This document shows, piece after piece, positions 9,324 to 20,634 of a stretch of DNA of 64,000 nt. Source of the stretch: Acidobacteriota bacterium. Its GTDB lineage: Bacteria; Acidobacteriota; Vicinamibacteria; Vicinamibacterales; 2-12-FULL-66-21. The translations under genes and the position numbers were made by a program. The stretch spans positions 29,474 through 93,473 of the forward strand of contig JBKPCD010000132.1 in the NCBI GenBank assembly GCA_046727175.1, given 5' to 3'. The notes below the pieces were generated by a model. The model saw nothing but the letters and a program-made list of their open reading frames with translations. It was not told the origin of the DNA and ran no database searches. Numbering within the stretch: the first letter of the stretch is position 1; each line of letters opens with the position of its first letter.

Positions 9324-11864
9324 TCACTCTTTCAACTCGACCACCGTCACGCCACCGCCGCCTTGCTCGTCGGGGGCAGCCGAGAAATGCGCGACGAACG
9401 GGTGCGACTGGAGAAACGCGGTTATTCCCCGCCGAAGCTGACCTGTCCCGTAGCCGTGAATCAGTCTCACCGATCTGATTTCGGCGACGAGCGCATCGTC
9501 GAGGAACTTTTCCACGCGTCCGACCGCTTCGTCGACGCTGCAGCCTATGACATTCAATTCGGTGAGCGCTCCGTCGCGCGGCTGCAGCTCGACGTTGACC
9601 CGCACGCGCGCGGGCTGCGTGACGGCCGCTGCGGGAGTCACCACGCGAAGCTCGTCGACCCGCGCTCGCAATCGTTTTCCCCGGACGTCGACGTCCGCTT
9701 CGCGATCGTGGAGCGCCTGGATCGTGCCTTCGAGGCCGAATGTGCCGACGAACACGCGATCTCCGACGGCAGGTACGTGCCCGGCCTGGGCGGCCGCAGC
9801 CGGTTGTGGAGCTGCAGCCGTGTCGTCGGCTGCGCGCAGCCGCTCGCCGATGGCGTCGAGCGCCGCGCGGGCCTCGCTCCGCGCCGATCCGGTCTCGCCT
9901 GTCGGAATCAGGCGTGCCGCGCGACGCTCGGCATCGCTGGCCAGAGCCTGCGTCCGGGTCTTGAGCGCGTCTACAACCGCGTCGATCTCGCGTCGCGCGT
10001 CGCGGAGACGCTCTTCGATGCGCTCATCGAGCCTTCGACGGATCGTCTCTTCGCGGTTTCGGAGATCGTGCTCGCGCGCCTGCAGCTTGGCGGTCGCCTC
10101 TGCGAGCTCCTGGCGGTCGCGAGCCAGCAGTCGGCGCTCGTGATTGAGCGTGTGCATGTCGCGCTCGACCTTCGCGAGGTGCTCGGCAAGCTGTGACTCC
10201 CGCTCGCTGCGGTTCGCCCGCGCGCGTTCGATGATTGACGAGGGCAACCCGAGGCGGGTGGCGATCTCGAACGCAAGGCTGCTGCCCGGTGAGCCGTAGT
10301 TGAGGCGATACGTCGGCTCGAACGTCCGGGGATCGAAGCCGAATCCCGCGGACGTGACTCCTTCGCTGGTGGACGCATACGATTTCAGGGCGTCGTAATG
10401 TGTCGTCGCGACAACGAGCGCGCCACGCATCCGGAAGTGCTCGAGCAGCGACATGGCGAGCGCACCACCTTCGACCGGATCGGTGCCCGCACCTGCTTCA
10501 TCGAGGAGCACGAGCGCGGGGAGCGCAAGCGCGCGATCCATTGCGACGATGTTGGCGACGTGCGCCGAAAAGGTGCTGAGGCTCTCGGCGATCGACTGCT
10601 CGTCGCCGATGTCCGCAAACACAGAGCGGAAAACCGGGACCTGCGACCCTTCAGCCGCCGGGATGAAGAGCCCGGCCTGGGCCATGAGCGACAGCAGTCC
10701 TGCCGTCTTCAAGGCAACGGTTTTGCCGCCCGTGTTCGGCCCCGTGATCACGAGAACGCGGACCGGTGGGATCAAAAGAATGTCGACCGGTACGGGGCCG
10801 GTGTCCGGTAGGTCGGTGGTTCGGGGTTCGTTGTTGCCCGCTCGAGCCTCCGAGCTCGATGGTTCGCTCAGCCGCCGGCGCACCGCCGGAATGAGCAGCG
10901 GATGTCGCGCACCACGGAGCTCGAGGCGACCGTCCTTCGCGATTGCAGGCTTGACGCCGTCAATCAGCAACGAAAAATGCGCGCGGGCCTGCAGGACGTC
11001 GAGCTCGGTAGCGGCGTCCACGGTCCGCTGAAGGTCCAGCGCGCGACGACGGAACGCGTCGGAGAGCGCAAGCAGGATGCGGCGAACCTCTTCGGCTTCC
11101 TGTTCTTCCAAGGCCACGATGTCGTTGTTGATTTCGACGGTGCTGAGCGGCTCGAGGAACAGGCTTGCCCCACTGCCGGAGCTGCCATGGACGATACCCG
11201 GGATCGCGGCGCGATGCTCCGCACGGACAACGAGCACGTAGCGTCCGTTCCGGTCCGTGACGATCTGCTGCTGAAGGTACTTCGCCGTGTCTTTTCCGCG
11301 AAGGTACGATTCGAGCGTGCCTCGCAACCGCGCTCGCTGCTTACGAAGCCGCTCGCGGATCGATTTCAGCTCCGCGCTTGCATCGTCGACCACCTCGCCC
11401 GATTCGATCTTCCGGCGGACGTCGGCGATCTCTGCCTCGAACGACGCAGCCGAATCCGAGGTGACACGCAGCGTCGGAAACGCGCCGCGTGCGCGCCGAA
11501 TTGCCGCGCAAGTCGTGTCGATCGACGCGAGAAACGTCGCCAGCGCAGTGAGCTGTTGCGGATCGAGCGCCCGTCCTTCGACGGCGAGGGCGGTCAGAGT
11601 TGCTTCGAGATCGGAAGGTGCGTGAAGGCCGATTTCATTGTCGGCGAGGAATCGGACCATCTCGCCGGTGGTGTCGAGCGCGAGCGAAACGGCGCGCGCG
11701 TCCGTAAGCCAGGCGGTTCGCATGAGCCTCGACGCCCCAGGCGGCGTCTGCGCATATTGGCAGACGGCCTCGATGATCCGACTGAACTCGAGAGCCCTCA
11801 GGGCGCCGGATTGCATGGGACTGCTGACTGTGGTGAGCTTCTGGTCCGACAGGGCAATCGCCAA
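9324..11864 (-). CDS. mutS2: Endonuclease MutS2 (MutS domain V plus Smr)
   Basis: 846 aa. Walker A ITGPNTGGKTV, MutS ATPase core LLDEAGAGTDP and C-terminal Smr domain LIHGYGTGQLRRGI. The start could be the internal ATG (MQSGALRALEF). Confidence 0.9.
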   Translation of the reverse strand: MAIALSDQKLTTVSSPMQSGALRALEFSRIIEAVCQYAQTPPGASRLMRTAWLTDARAVSLALDTTGEMVRFLADNEIGLHAPSDLEATLTALAVEGRALDPQQLTALATFLASIDTTCAAIRRARGAFPTLRVTSDSAASFEAEIADVRRKIESGEVVDDASAELKSIRERLRKQRARLRGTLESYLRGKDTAKYLQQQIVTDRNGRYVLVVRAEHRAAIPGIVHGSSGSGASLFLEPLSTVEINNDIVALEEQEAEEVRRILLALSDAFRRRALDLQRTVDAATELDVLQARAHFSLLIDGVKPAIAKDGRLELRGARHPLLIPAVRRRLSEPSSSEARAGNNEPRTTDLPDTGPVPVDILLIPPVRVLVITGPNTGGKTVALKTAGLLSLMAQAGLFIPAAEGSQVPVFRSVFADIGDEQSIAESLSTFSAHVANIVAMDRALALPALVLLDEAGAGTDPVEGGALAMSLLEHFRMRGALVVATTHYDALKSYASTSEGVTSAGFGFDPRTFEPTYRLNYGSPGSSLAFEIATRLGLPSSIIERARANRSERESQLAEHLAKVERDMHTLNHERRLLARDRQELAEATAKLQAREHDLRNREETIRRRLDERIEERLRDARREIDAVVDALKTRTQALASDAERRAARLIPTGETGSARSEARAALDAIGERLRAADDTAAAPQPAAAAQAGHVPAVGDRVFVGTFGLEGTIQALHDREADVDVRGKRLRARVDELRVVTPAAAVTQPARVRVNVELQPRDGALTELNVIGCSVDEAVGRVEKFLDDALVAEIRSVRLIHGYGTGQLRRGITAFLQSHPFVAHFSAAPDEQGGGGVTVVELKE

Positions 11865-11949
11865 CTATAACGCAGCGCGGTAAGCGGCGACAACTAATCA
11901 AATATCGGAATCGACCGAGGATCTGTCAAGCGACCAGCTCCGGTGCGGC

Positions 11950-12711
11950 TCACTCCAAGTGATTGATCGAGCTGGCGATCGCGGCAGCACCAAATCCGTT
12001 ATCGATATTCACGACCGATACCCCGCTCGCACAGCTGTTCAGCATTCCGAGTAGGGCCGTCACACCACCAAAGCTGGCGCCGTACCCGACGCTGGTTGGC
12101 ACGGCAATCACGGGAGTATCCACCAATCCCCCTACCACGCTTGGAAGCGCGCCTTCCATCCCGGCCACGACGATGAGCACGCGGGCACCGAGAAGTCGCG
12201 CGTGCTCGGCAAGCAGACGGTGGAGTCCGGCGACCCCGACATCGTAGAGTCGGTCGACGCAGTTCCCCATGATTTCTGCAGAGACGGCAGCCTCTTCGGC
12301 GATTGGCAGATCGGCGGTGCCGGCCGCGACGACGAGCACCGTGCCGCGTCCCGGCGGCGACCCGCCGACACGGTGCGTAATGGTTCTGGCCAGTTCGTGG
12401 AATGTCGCGTCGGGTAATCGCTTCACGACGGCCGCGTGGGCGAGCGCGTCTGTCTTCGTGACGAGCAGGTTGTGCCCCGCGCCAACAATCCGCTCACCGA
12501 TGGCAGCTATTTGTTCTGGGGTTTTTCCAGGCCCGAAAACCACCTCGGGGAAGCCCTGTCGCAGACCGCGATGATGATCGACTCTCGCAAACCCGAGATC
12601 CTCGAACGGCGCCTGGCGTAAATATTGTAAAAGCCGGGAGTGTGCCGCCTCAGGCGTAATGACGCCGGTGTGGACATCTTGCAGGAGCTGACGCAGTTGC
12701 AGGCGGGTCAT
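11950..12711 (-). CDS. larB: Nickel-pincer cofactor biosynthesis protein LarB (AIR carboxylase-like)
   Basis: 253 aa. PurE-like C-terminal domain VLVVAAGTADLPIAEEA and VVAGMEGALPSVVGGLVDTPVIAVPTSVGYG, with the N-terminal extension typical of LarB. Confidence 0.75.
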   Translation of the reverse strand: MTRLQLRQLLQDVHTGVITPEAAHSRLLQYLRQAPFEDLGFARVDHHRGLRQGFPEVVFGPGKTPEQIAAIGERIVGAGHNLLVTKTDALAHAAVVKRLPDATFHELARTITHRVGGSPPGRGTVLVVAAGTADLPIAEEAAVSAEIMGNCVDRLYDVGVAGLHRLLAEHARLLGARVLIVVAGMEGALPSVVGGLVDTPVIAVPTSVGYGASFGGVTALLGMLNSCASGVSVVNIDNGFGAAAIASSINHLE

Positions 12712-12725
12712 CGGTTCAGACCGCC

Positions 12726-14291
12726 TTGGCGCATGTGGTCGAGCCGAGCAATAATGTCCCGATTGTGCAGCGCGATGGATTCATTTACTACCCTATGACC
12801 CCGTCAGAAACTCTGATTCTAGTCTGCTACTTCTTCGTCCTGAGCATTCTTGCAATCTACGGCTGGCACCGCTACTACCTGGTGTACCTCTACATCAAGA
12901 ATAAGGAGCAGGCGCCGCGTCGTCTGTCGCCGCCCGGGTTTCTCCCTCCGGTCACGATCCAGCTGCCGATCTTCAACGAGATGTACGTGGCCGATCGGCT
13001 CATCGACTCGGTCTGCGAGCTCGATTACCCGCGCGATTTGCTCGAAATCCAGGTTCTGGACGATTCCATTGACGAAACGATTGAAATAGCCGAGTTGGCT
13101 GTCCGGCGTCATGCCGCTCGCGGATTCAACATTTCTTATATGCATCGCGTCGACCGTCGCGGATTCAAGGCCGGCGCGCTCGAGGCCGGGCTGAAACAGG
13201 CATCGGGCAAGTTCATCGCGATTTTCGACGCGGACTTTATCCCGGCGCCCGATTTCCTGAGGCGCACGCTGCCGTATTTCGAAACCGATCCGAAGATCGG
13301 CATGGTGCAGGCACGATGGGGCCATATCAATCAGGACTACTCGCTGCTTACCAAGATTCAGTCGATCCTGCTCGACGCGCACTTCGTCCTCGAGCACGGC
13401 GCGCGTAACCGGGCGGGTTGCTTCTTCAACTTCAACGGAACGGCAGGGATCTGGCGGCGCGAGGCCATTGTCAGCGCAGGCGGGTGGCAGCACGACACAC
13501 TGACCGAGGATCTCGATCTGAGCTATCGCGCGCAGCTGGCCGGCTGGCGGTTCGTGTTCCTGCCCGATGTCGTGTCGCCGGCGGAAGTTCCGGTTGAAAT
13601 GAACTCGTTCAAGTCGCAGCAGCACCGCTGGGCGAAGGGATCCATTCAGACGTGTCTCAAGCTGCTGCCCGACATCCTGCGGTCGCCGCAACCGCTTGCC
13701 GTCAAGGCGGAAGCGTTTTTCCATCTGACCGCAAATTTCAACTACTTGCTGATGTCGGTCCTGTCGATTCTGATGTTTCCCGCGATGTGGGTTCGCTACA
13801 GCACTGGCTGGACTGAGATGCTGCTGATCGACGTCCCTCTGTTCTTTGCGGCGACGATGTCGGTGGGTAACTTCTACATAGTTTCGCAGCGAGAGCTGTA
13901 CGCGGATTGGCGTCAGCGACTCAAGTACCTGCCGCTCCTCATGTCGATCGGCATCGGGCTGTGCGTGAACAATTCCCGTGCGGTGCTTGAGGCGATGTTC
14001 GGAAAACCGAGCGACTTCAATCGCACGCCGAAGTACGGAATCGAGCGCGACAGCGACGAATGGGTCGGCAAGAAGTACCACCAGACCGTGGGCGTCCAGC
14101 CGATGATCGAGCTTGCGCTCGGACTCTACTTCACGTGGACGGTCTTCTACGCGCTGTCGAATCAGATCTACGGGACGTTGCCGTTCCTGATGCTGTTCCA
14201 GATCGGGTACCTCTACACAGGCCTTCTGTCGATCTTCCAGCAGTACACCGGCGAGAACGTGATGTTGAAGACGCCGGAAATTGCGAAATAG
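12726..14291 (+). CDS. Family-2 glycosyltransferase, processive (cellulose-synthase-like) membrane type
   Basis: 521 aa. Motifs VLDDS, FDADF, TEDLDLS and QQHRW (QxxRW), with N-terminal and multiple C-terminal TM segments. The start is uncertain (TTG 12726, GTG 12735 or ATG 12795). Confidence 0.8.
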   Translation: MAHVVEPSNNVPIVQRDGFIYYPMTPSETLILVCYFFVLSILAIYGWHRYYLVYLYIKNKEQAPRRLSPPGFLPPVTIQLPIFNEMYVADRLIDSVCELDYPRDLLEIQVLDDSIDETIEIAELAVRRHAARGFNISYMHRVDRRGFKAGALEAGLKQASGKFIAIFDADFIPAPDFLRRTLPYFETDPKIGMVQARWGHINQDYSLLTKIQSILLDAHFVLEHGARNRAGCFFNFNGTAGIWRREAIVSAGGWQHDTLTEDLDLSYRAQLAGWRFVFLPDVVSPAEVPVEMNSFKSQQHRWAKGSIQTCLKLLPDILRSPQPLAVKAEAFFHLTANFNYLLMSVLSILMFPAMWVRYSTGWTEMLLIDVPLFFAATMSVGNFYIVSQRELYADWRQRLKYLPLLMSIGIGLCVNNSRAVLEAMFGKPSDFNRTPKYGIERDSDEWVGKKYHQTVGVQPMIELALGLYFTWTVFYALSNQIYGTLPFLMLFQIGYLYTGLLSIFQQYTGENVMLKTPEIAK

Positions 14292-14298
14292 AAAGTCA

Positions 14299-14461
14299 GG
14301 CTTTGGGCTCAGGGGCTTTAAGCCTTGGGGCCTGCGGAGTACATCGCCGCTCCTCTCCAGACATGCGCAGAAGGGTTCCGGCCCGAGGCCCCGGCCTCCG
14401 GTCCCCGGCCGCCAGGCCGTCGGCCCCTGGCCCGGGGCCCCCGGGCCCCAGCCCCCGGACC
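14299..14461. repeat. Period-7 arrays, NNNNGGG x~5 then CCGGCCC-type x12
   Basis: ccggccc gaggccc cggcctc cggtccc cggccgc caggccg tcggccc ctggccc ggggccc ccgggcc ccagccc ccggacc (14378-14461), preceded by G-rich complement units. Lies in the GT2-gltA spacer. Confidence 0.8.
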
Positions 14462-14479
14462 CCTTGATATGATCCCCTC

Positions 14480-15619
14480 ATGACCACCGAAGCGAAGCCC
14501 AAGGGCGGCCTCGAGGACGTTGTTGCTGCGTCCTCTGCCATCTGTTACCTCGATGGCGATCGTGGCGTGCTCGCGTACTACGGGTACGACATCCACGATC
14601 TGGCGCGCGGCGCGTCGTTCGAGGAGGTCTGTTATCTCTTGTGGCACGGCCGGTTGCCCAACCGGGCCGAGCTGGGCGATCTGCAGTCGCAGCTCGCGGC
14701 TGCGCGGCCGCTCCCCGACTCGGTTCTCCGACTGATGAAGCAGCTTCCGGCGGTCGATGGGATGGACGCGCTGCGTACGCTGACGTCGGCACTCGGTCAT
14801 TACGATCCCGATGCTGCCGACAACTCACAGCCGGCAAACTTTCGGAAGGCGATCAGGCTGACAGGACAGATTGCGAGCCTTGTCGCGACTTACGGACGTC
14901 TGCAGGCGGGAGCCGGACCGATTCAGCCGGATCCAGCGCTTGGCCACGCGGCAAACTTCCTCTACATGCTCACCGGCAACCGGCCGAACGCGCTCTCCAC
15001 GCGCGCGTTCGACGTCGCGCTCGTGCTCCACGCGGATCACGAGCTGAACGCGTCCACGTTCGCGGCTCGCGTGGCCGCCGCGACCCTGACCGATCTCCAT
15101 TCGTCGATTGTCGCTGCCATTGGAGCGTTGAAAGGCCCGCTACACGGCGGCGCGAACGCCGACGTGATGCGTCTGCTCATCGAAATCGGCCCAGACGCAG
15201 GGCCGGATCGCATTGACGAGGCAATTCGGAGCCGGCTCGCGAGGAAGGTCAAAATCCCCGGCTTCGGCCATCGCGTGTATCGCACGGAAGACCCGCGCGC
15301 GACGCATCTGCGCCGGATGTCGAAGGAGCTCGGGGAGCGCGCCGGCAACACGCGCTGGTTCGAGATGTCACAGCGGATCGAACAGATCGTCAAGAGCGAG
15401 AAGAAGCTGAACGCGAACGTGGACTTCTATTCGGCCTCGACGTACTACACGCTCGGCATCCCGATCGATCTCTTCACGCCTATCTTTGCCGTCAGCCGCA
15501 TTTCCGGATGGACCGCACACTGCCTCGAGCAGTACGCGAACAACCGGCTGATTCGTCCGCGCACCGACTACATCGGGCCGAAGTATCCGCAAACATTCTT
15601 GCTGCTCGATCAGCGCTAG
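14480..15619 (+). CDS. gltA: Citrate synthase (short ~380-aa type)
   Basis: Motifs HADHELNAST, GPLHGGAN, PGFGHRVYRTEDPR and NVDFYS. Confidence 0.9.
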   Translation: MTTEAKPKGGLEDVVAASSAICYLDGDRGVLAYYGYDIHDLARGASFEEVCYLLWHGRLPNRAELGDLQSQLAAARPLPDSVLRLMKQLPAVDGMDALRTLTSALGHYDPDAADNSQPANFRKAIRLTGQIASLVATYGRLQAGAGPIQPDPALGHAANFLYMLTGNRPNALSTRAFDVALVLHADHELNASTFAARVAAATLTDLHSSIVAAIGALKGPLHGGANADVMRLLIEIGPDAGPDRIDEAIRSRLARKVKIPGFGHRVYRTEDPRATHLRRMSKELGERAGNTRWFEMSQRIEQIVKSEKKLNANVDFYSASTYYTLGIPIDLFTPIFAVSRISGWTAHCLEQYANNRLIRPRTDYIGPKYPQTFLLLDQR

Positions 15620-15642
15620 TGCGCTGGCGCGCGCGGCGGGCG

Positions 15643-15890
15643 TTCGGGCTCGGGATTCGGGGCTCGCCGTTCCATGGGCTCGCAATGTGCAAGTCGGTGT
15701 TTCGTCGCGCCAGGCTGCCCGCCGCGCCAATTCACCGGCGGGCGGCAAGACCGAAGGCCGTCGCGCGAAGCGCGTAAAGCGCGTGGGGTGGGGCCCCACG
15801 CGCATCAAAAAGAAGATGGCTATCGGCAGATCAGTAGCCTGCTGCGAATGAGCAGCATCGCCCCCCGAATCCCGAACCCCGAAGCCCGGG
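15643..15890. repeat. Inverted period-7 arms (TCGGGNN x3 / AANCCCG x4) enclosing ~190 bp
   Basis: ttcgggc tcgggat tcggggc (15643-15663) versus ccccccg aatcccg aaccccg aagcccg (15861-15888). Confidence 0.7.
15779..15815. repeat. Copy 1 of a 37-nt element: perfect 10-bp-stem hairpin plus A run
   Basis: GCGCGTGGGG-tgggg-CCCCACGCGC-atcaaaaagaag. A near-identical copy is at 26883..26919. Confidence 0.85.
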
Positions 15891-15924
15891 AGCGCGGAAC
15901 GATATAATTTACAGATCGTCGCCA

Positions 15925-17727
<1,803 letters not shown>

Positions 17728-17795
17728 GGGAAGAAGGGGAAAAGGAAAGGGAAAAGGGAAAAGAGAAAAGGGACAAACCAAGGCCCAAAGCCCAA
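17728..17795. repeat. Single-arm purine-rich period-7 array (AAGGGAA family)
   Basis: gggaaga aggggaa aaggaaa gggaaaa gggaaaa gagaaaa gggacaa accaagg cccaaag cccaaag. Fills the lepA-lepB spacer. Confidence 0.7.
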
Positions 17796-17810
17796 AGTCT
17801 ACAGACGAGT

Positions 17811-18509
17811 ATGGCCACCAACATCTTTCAGAAGTCCACGATCCGCGAATACTTCGAGTCGATCGTCATCGCCGTGATCCTCGCGCTGTTCGTGCGGACG
17901 TGGGTCGTGCAGGCGTTCAAGATCCCGACGGGGTCGATGGAGAACAACCTGCTGATCGGCGATCACCTGCTCGTGAACAAATTCGTGTTCGCGCCGGCGG
18001 CGAGCCGCCTCGAACGAGGCGTGTTCCCGATGCGTGACATCCGCCGCGGCGACATCATCGTCTTCAAGTACCCCGACGAGCCGGAGCGGGATTTCATCAA
18101 GCGTGTGATCGGCCTTCCCGGCGACACGGTGGAGCTCCGCAACAAGAAAGTATTCATAAACGGCCGGGAGCTGAGTGAGCCATACGTTCATTTCCTCGAA
18201 CCGGTTTCGGAGGCTGGGGAGATCACCTCATTCGACGTCCGCGAGCGCTACGGGCCGGTGCACGTGCCCGACAATCAGTACTTCGTCATGGGCGATAACC
18301 GTGACAACTCCCAGGACAGCCGGTATTGGGGATTCCTGCCGCGAAGCTACATCAAGGGCAAGGCGCTGATGATCTATTGGTCCTACGAGTCCGGCCGCGA
18401 CGAGTACAGCGAGCCGGGTGTCGTAGGCTCGATCAAGCGGATTGGGTCAGTGGCCGTTCACTTCTTCACACGTACGCGCTGGGAGCGGTTGTTCCATCAA
18501 ATCCACTGA
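17811..18509 (+). CDS. lepB: Signal peptidase I
   Basis: Boxes IPTGSMENNL (Ser), IKRVIGLPGD (Lys) and GDNRDNSQDSRYWG. Start set to ATG 17811; upstream codons translate a purine-rich repeat and overlap lepA. Confidence 0.9.
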   Translation: MATNIFQKSTIREYFESIVIAVILALFVRTWVVQAFKIPTGSMENNLLIGDHLLVNKFVFAPAASRLERGVFPMRDIRRGDIIVFKYPDEPERDFIKRVIGLPGDTVELRNKKVFINGRELSEPYVHFLEPVSEAGEITSFDVRERYGPVHVPDNQYFVMGDNRDNSQDSRYWGFLPRSYIKGKALMIYWSYESGRDEYSEPGVVGSIKRIGSVAVHFFTRTRWERLFHQIH

Positions 18510-18528
18510 CGCCGTTCGAGATCTCAAA

Positions 18529-18737
18529 GGAGGCGGAGGTCACGGACAAATCGCTTACCGCGGCGCCGCGGAGTTCACGGAGATTTGTTTTGTTCTTGGA
18601 CGCAAGTCGAGCTTGGTTCAGAGCTTCCGTTCAACGAGCATCACATCAACTCTGATGCCACGATTCCGGGACATTACAAAGAATCTCCGTGGGTCCGGTG
18701 GCTCCGCGGTGAGGCTTTTTCCGTGATCTCCGTCTCC
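18529..18737. repeat. ~210-bp element with ~57-bp terminal inverted repeats (MITE-like or long convergent-terminator hairpin)
   Basis: Left arm ggaggcggaggtcacggacaaatcgcttaccgcggcgccgcggagttcacggagatt (18529-18585). The right arm (18682-18737) is its imperfect reverse complement. The ~96-bp core is AT-richer. Confidence 0.8.
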
Positions 18738-18746
18738 TCCGGCTAA

Positions 18747-19349
18747 TCAGGGCGCCGCAATCGAACTCGCCTGCGCGATCAGCCGTGCTGCCTCAGCCCG
18801 CACGCGATCCACGTATTCGGCATCCTTGATGCCTCTCAGGTTGATCTGCACGTTGTAACCAGCACCACGCAGGCCTGCGCGCAGCAGCTCGAGCGCGACC
18901 TGCACATCGCTGGAGGCGTTCGCGTTCCCGAGGGTTGCGACGATGGCCCCGTGGTCGATGGCTTCCACACACGCCCGCATGACGTCGAGTGGCGACTCCG
19001 TCGCAGCTCGGAGCGCACGCTGAATCATGGCTGCTCGGAACGCTTTGTTCTCTTCCGTCTCTTTCGGCAGTCGATACGCCGCCATCACTTCTTCGTACGC
19101 CTCGCTGTCGCGATCCACGAGTACGGTGAGGTCCTCGCTCAGCTCCGCGCATCGTGTGCCTACCGCGGCCAGGCGTTCAACATCGGCTTGCGTGGTCGCC
19201 CGTGGCTGGGGCAGCTGTGCAACCATCGTCAGCAACGAGGCTCCGAGCGCGCCCGCTAAAGCAGAGGCAGAACCGCCTCCCGGTGTCGGATCTGAAGATC
19301 GAAAGGCGGCAAGAGTGTCCTGCAGGCTTCGCTCAGTGAGTCTGGGCAT
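18747..19349 (-). CDS. Cyclodeaminase/cyclohydrolase family protein (FtcD C-terminal-domain-like)
   Basis: Signature DPTPGGGSASALAGALGASLLTMVA. Start set at ATG 19349 (MPRLTERSL); it overlaps the hutI stop by 17 nt. Confidence 0.75.
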   Translation of the reverse strand: MPRLTERSLQDTLAAFRSSDPTPGGGSASALAGALGASLLTMVAQLPQPRATTQADVERLAAVGTRCAELSEDLTVLVDRDSEAYEEVMAAYRLPKETEENKAFRAAMIQRALRAATESPLDVMRACVEAIDHGAIVATLGNANASSDVQVALELLRAGLRGAGYNVQINLRGIKDAEYVDRVRAEAARLIAQASSIAAP

Positions 19350-20634
19350 GTGTACTCGCAGGGAACGATCCATGAACGATGCGGCCGCGTTTGACGACGG
19401 CCACAATGGACGGTGCGCCAACGCGAATGAGGTTGATCGCGTCGCCGCTGACGACGACGAGGTCCGCAAGCTTGCCAGGCTCGAGGCTCCCGACGCTGTC
19501 GGCGCGATCGAGCGCCCACGCCGGGTTGAGCGTCGCGCCGACGAGCGCTTCCTCGAACGTCAGATCCATTCCGAAGCAGGCGAGCGTCATCGCAAACGGC
19601 ATCGACGGCGAGAAGCCGCCGCCTGGATTGACGTCGGTGGCGAGCGCGACCGGCACGCCTGCGGCGATCAGGTCGCGCGCAGGGGCGAATCGCCTCAGTT
19701 TGAGATAGAACGCCGCGATGGGAAGCAACGTTGCGGTCACGTTGCCCCTGGCGAGGTCGCGAATGCCGGATGGCGAGACGAAGACGAGATGGTCCGCCGA
19801 ACGCGCGCCGACGGCGGCCGCGACCTGCGCTCCTCCGCTCGCCGCGAGCTCGTCCGCGTGAATGCGAGGCGCCAGGCCGGCCTTCTTGCCTGCCTCGAGA
19901 ATCGCCACGGAATCGTCCGGTGTGAATACGCCCTCCTCGCAGAAGACGTCACACCATTTCGCGAGCCTCTCCCGGGCGACGGTGCGAATCATCTCGTCGA
20001 TCACGAGCTTCACGTAGTCGCCGCGGCGCGAGCGGTACTCGAGCGGGATTTCGTGGGCACCGAGGAACGTCGGCACCACGTCGATTGGCCCTTCGTCAGC
20101 CAGGCGGCGTATCGCACGGAGGATCTTGAGCTCCGAATCGACCTCCAAGCCGTAGCCGCTCTTGATTTCACACGTCGTCGTGCCGCTCGCAAGCATTTCA
20201 CGCAAGCGGAACCGCGATTGGTTGACGAGCTCGTCCTCAGACGCAGCGCGGGTGGCCCTCACCGTCGCGACGATGCCGCCTTCGCTTGCGGCGATGCTGG
20301 CGTAACTCTCGCCGGCGAGACGCCGGCGCAGCTCGTTGCGTCGATCGCCCGCAAACACGAGGTGCGTGTGTGGATCGACGAAGCCCGGCACGATCGAGCA
20401 GTCGAACGCGTCGATGATCTCAGCGTCGGGTGACATCGTGAGACGGGCGCGAACATCCCCGGTAGGGCCCACGTACACAATCCGTTCACCGGCCGCGGCA
20501 ACAGCGCCGTCAGCCAGGACGCGGATGTTGCCCTGATCGTGTCCGGATCGCGGGGCAGGTCCGGCGCAGGTGATGAGTTGACGGCAGTGCCTGATGAGAA
20601 GTGTGGCTGGCGCGCTGCGACCCGGCGACGTCAC
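19333..20634 (-). CDS. hutI: Imidazolonepropionase
   Basis: 433 aa amidohydrolase with GFVDPHTHLVFAGDR, FCEEGVF, RIHADELA and ATDVNPG. Confidence 0.9.
   Translation of the reverse strand: MTSPGRSAPATLLIRHCRQLITCAGPAPRSGHDQGNIRVLADGAVAAAGERIVYVGPTGDVRARLTMSPDAEIIDAFDCSIVPGFVDPHTHLVFAGDRRNELRRRLAGESYASIAASEGGIVATVRATRAASEDELVNQSRFRLREMLASGTTTCEIKSGYGLEVDSELKILRAIRRLADEGPIDVVPTFLGAHEIPLEYRSRRGDYVKLVIDEMIRTVARERLAKWCDVFCEEGVFTPDDSVAILEAGKKAGLAPRIHADELAASGGAQVAAAVGARSADHLVFVSPSGIRDLARGNVTATLLPIAAFYLKLRRFAPARDLIAAGVPVALATDVNPGGGFSPSMPFAMTLACFGMDLTFEEALVGATLNPAWALDRADSVGSLEPGKLADLVVVSGDAINLIRVGAPSIVAVVKRGRIVHGSFPASTHAQTH

Noticed and set aside
9151-9327. 59-aa N-terminal extension of DnaG in the ORF track
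   Set aside because: The peptide (..ADCRLTDCRLQIDGLQIEDID..NLQSESTIRQSAISNLQ..) is the in-frame read-out of the GATTGNN heptamer palindrome. Canonical primase sequence begins at ATG 9150.
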